64,000 nucleotides of DNA from NCBI GenBank assembly GCA_034521815.1, contig JAXHLW010000001.1:256001-320000 (forward strand). Reading direction: 5' to 3'. Under the pieces are notes generated by a model. It saw only the letters and a list, made by a program, of their open reading frames with translations, did not search any database and had not been told where the DNA came from. Numbering within the stretch: the stretch's first letter is position 1; every line of letters starts with the position of its first letter. Shown piece by piece: positions 63,411-64,000 of this stretch. The stretch comes from Trueperaceae bacterium (GTDB lineage: Bacteria; Deinococcota; Deinococci; Deinococcales; Trueperaceae). Made by a program: the position numbers and the translations under genes.

Positions 63411-64000
63411 CCGGATTCGTTCCGTGGAGCGTGCCGGCGGGTCTCGGCGTCGCCCTCGGGGCGGCCGCGGCCGCGGCGGGGCTTCCCGCAGCGCTGAGCT
63501 GGTGCGCCTGGGCGCTGGCGCCCCTCCTGGTGCGCGGCCGGTTCCGCGTCTGGCTGGCTCTTCCCCTGCTGTTGCCGATCGGGCACCTGAGGCACGACCA
63601 GCGCGAGGCACGACCCGACGCCCTGACCCCGCTGACCGGACGGGCGGTCGAGCTCGCCGGCTGGTCGGACGCCCGCTCGCTGCGTCTGGAGGGAACGTCG
63701 GTCGTCGTCGCTCTGCGGCCCGTGGGCGACGTGCCCCGCGGCAGGGTGCGCGTGCGCGGTCGCTTGGAGGCGGCGACCGGCGCCCGGAACCCGGGCGGGT
63801 TCGACCAGAGGGCGTGGCTTCGCCGGCGTGGCGGCGCCCACCTGGTACGGGTCGACGCCGTCACCTCGGCGCAGCCGGAGGGAGGCCTGCGGGCGCGAAT
63901 GCGCGCCGGTGTGACGGCCGGGCTGGCGCCCGAGCCGGCGCTGCTGATGCGGGCGCTGGTGCTGGGGGAGCGCGAGGACGCGAGCGAGCTGCGCGACACG
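63407..64000 (+). CDS. comEC: competence channel, 5' part (runs off window)
   Basis: GTGA overlap with comEA; RNPGGFD..AWL and RALVLGER motifs. Confidence 0.85.
   Translation, partial: MTGFVPWSVPAGLGVALGAAAAAAGLPAALSWCAWALAPLLVRGRFRVWLALPLLLPIGHLRHDQREARPDALTPLTGRAVELAGWSDARSLRLEGTSVVVALRPVGDVPRGRVRVRGRLEAATGARNPGGFDQRAWLRRRGGAHLVRVDAVTSAQPEGGLRARMRAGVTAGLAPEPALLMRALVLGEREDASELRDT

Overview
Very high-GC bacterial chromosomal segment. It is most consistent with Deinococcota, possibly Trueperaceae-like. This is inferred from pervasive TANNNT-N6/7-start leaderless genes, lysN, a loop-less CC-adding-type enzyme and sufC-sufB-sufD-Rieske. Mostly housekeeping genes: ilvE, galE, ribH, coaE, tkt, bioY, lysN, a PyrR-attenuated uraA-pyrR-pyrB-pyrC operon, suf, ispF, acs, trkA-trkH-trkH, lnt, ppk1, a diadenylate cyclase, trmFO, ltaE, aroE, dsbA/dsbB-type, sodA, a glycolipid synthase pair and comEA/comEC. 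No rRNA, tRNA, CRISPR or mobile element was seen. The best candidate for an undescribed system is 24.7-28.3 kb: two paralogous secreted proteins with poly-Asp tails, behind an OmpR-type direct-repeat promoter and followed by a two-component system. Other unannotated signals are two self-contained small-RNA/micro-ORF units (~0.35-0.6 kb and ~16.7-16.9 kb), a structured leader with twin identical hairpins (20.05-20.16 kb), a 32-codon collapsed metallo-hydrolase remnant, and a leaderless uORF abutting the cyclase start. Several small frameshifts (tkt, aroE, trmFO end, Asp-rich genes) suggest indel errors in the assembly.
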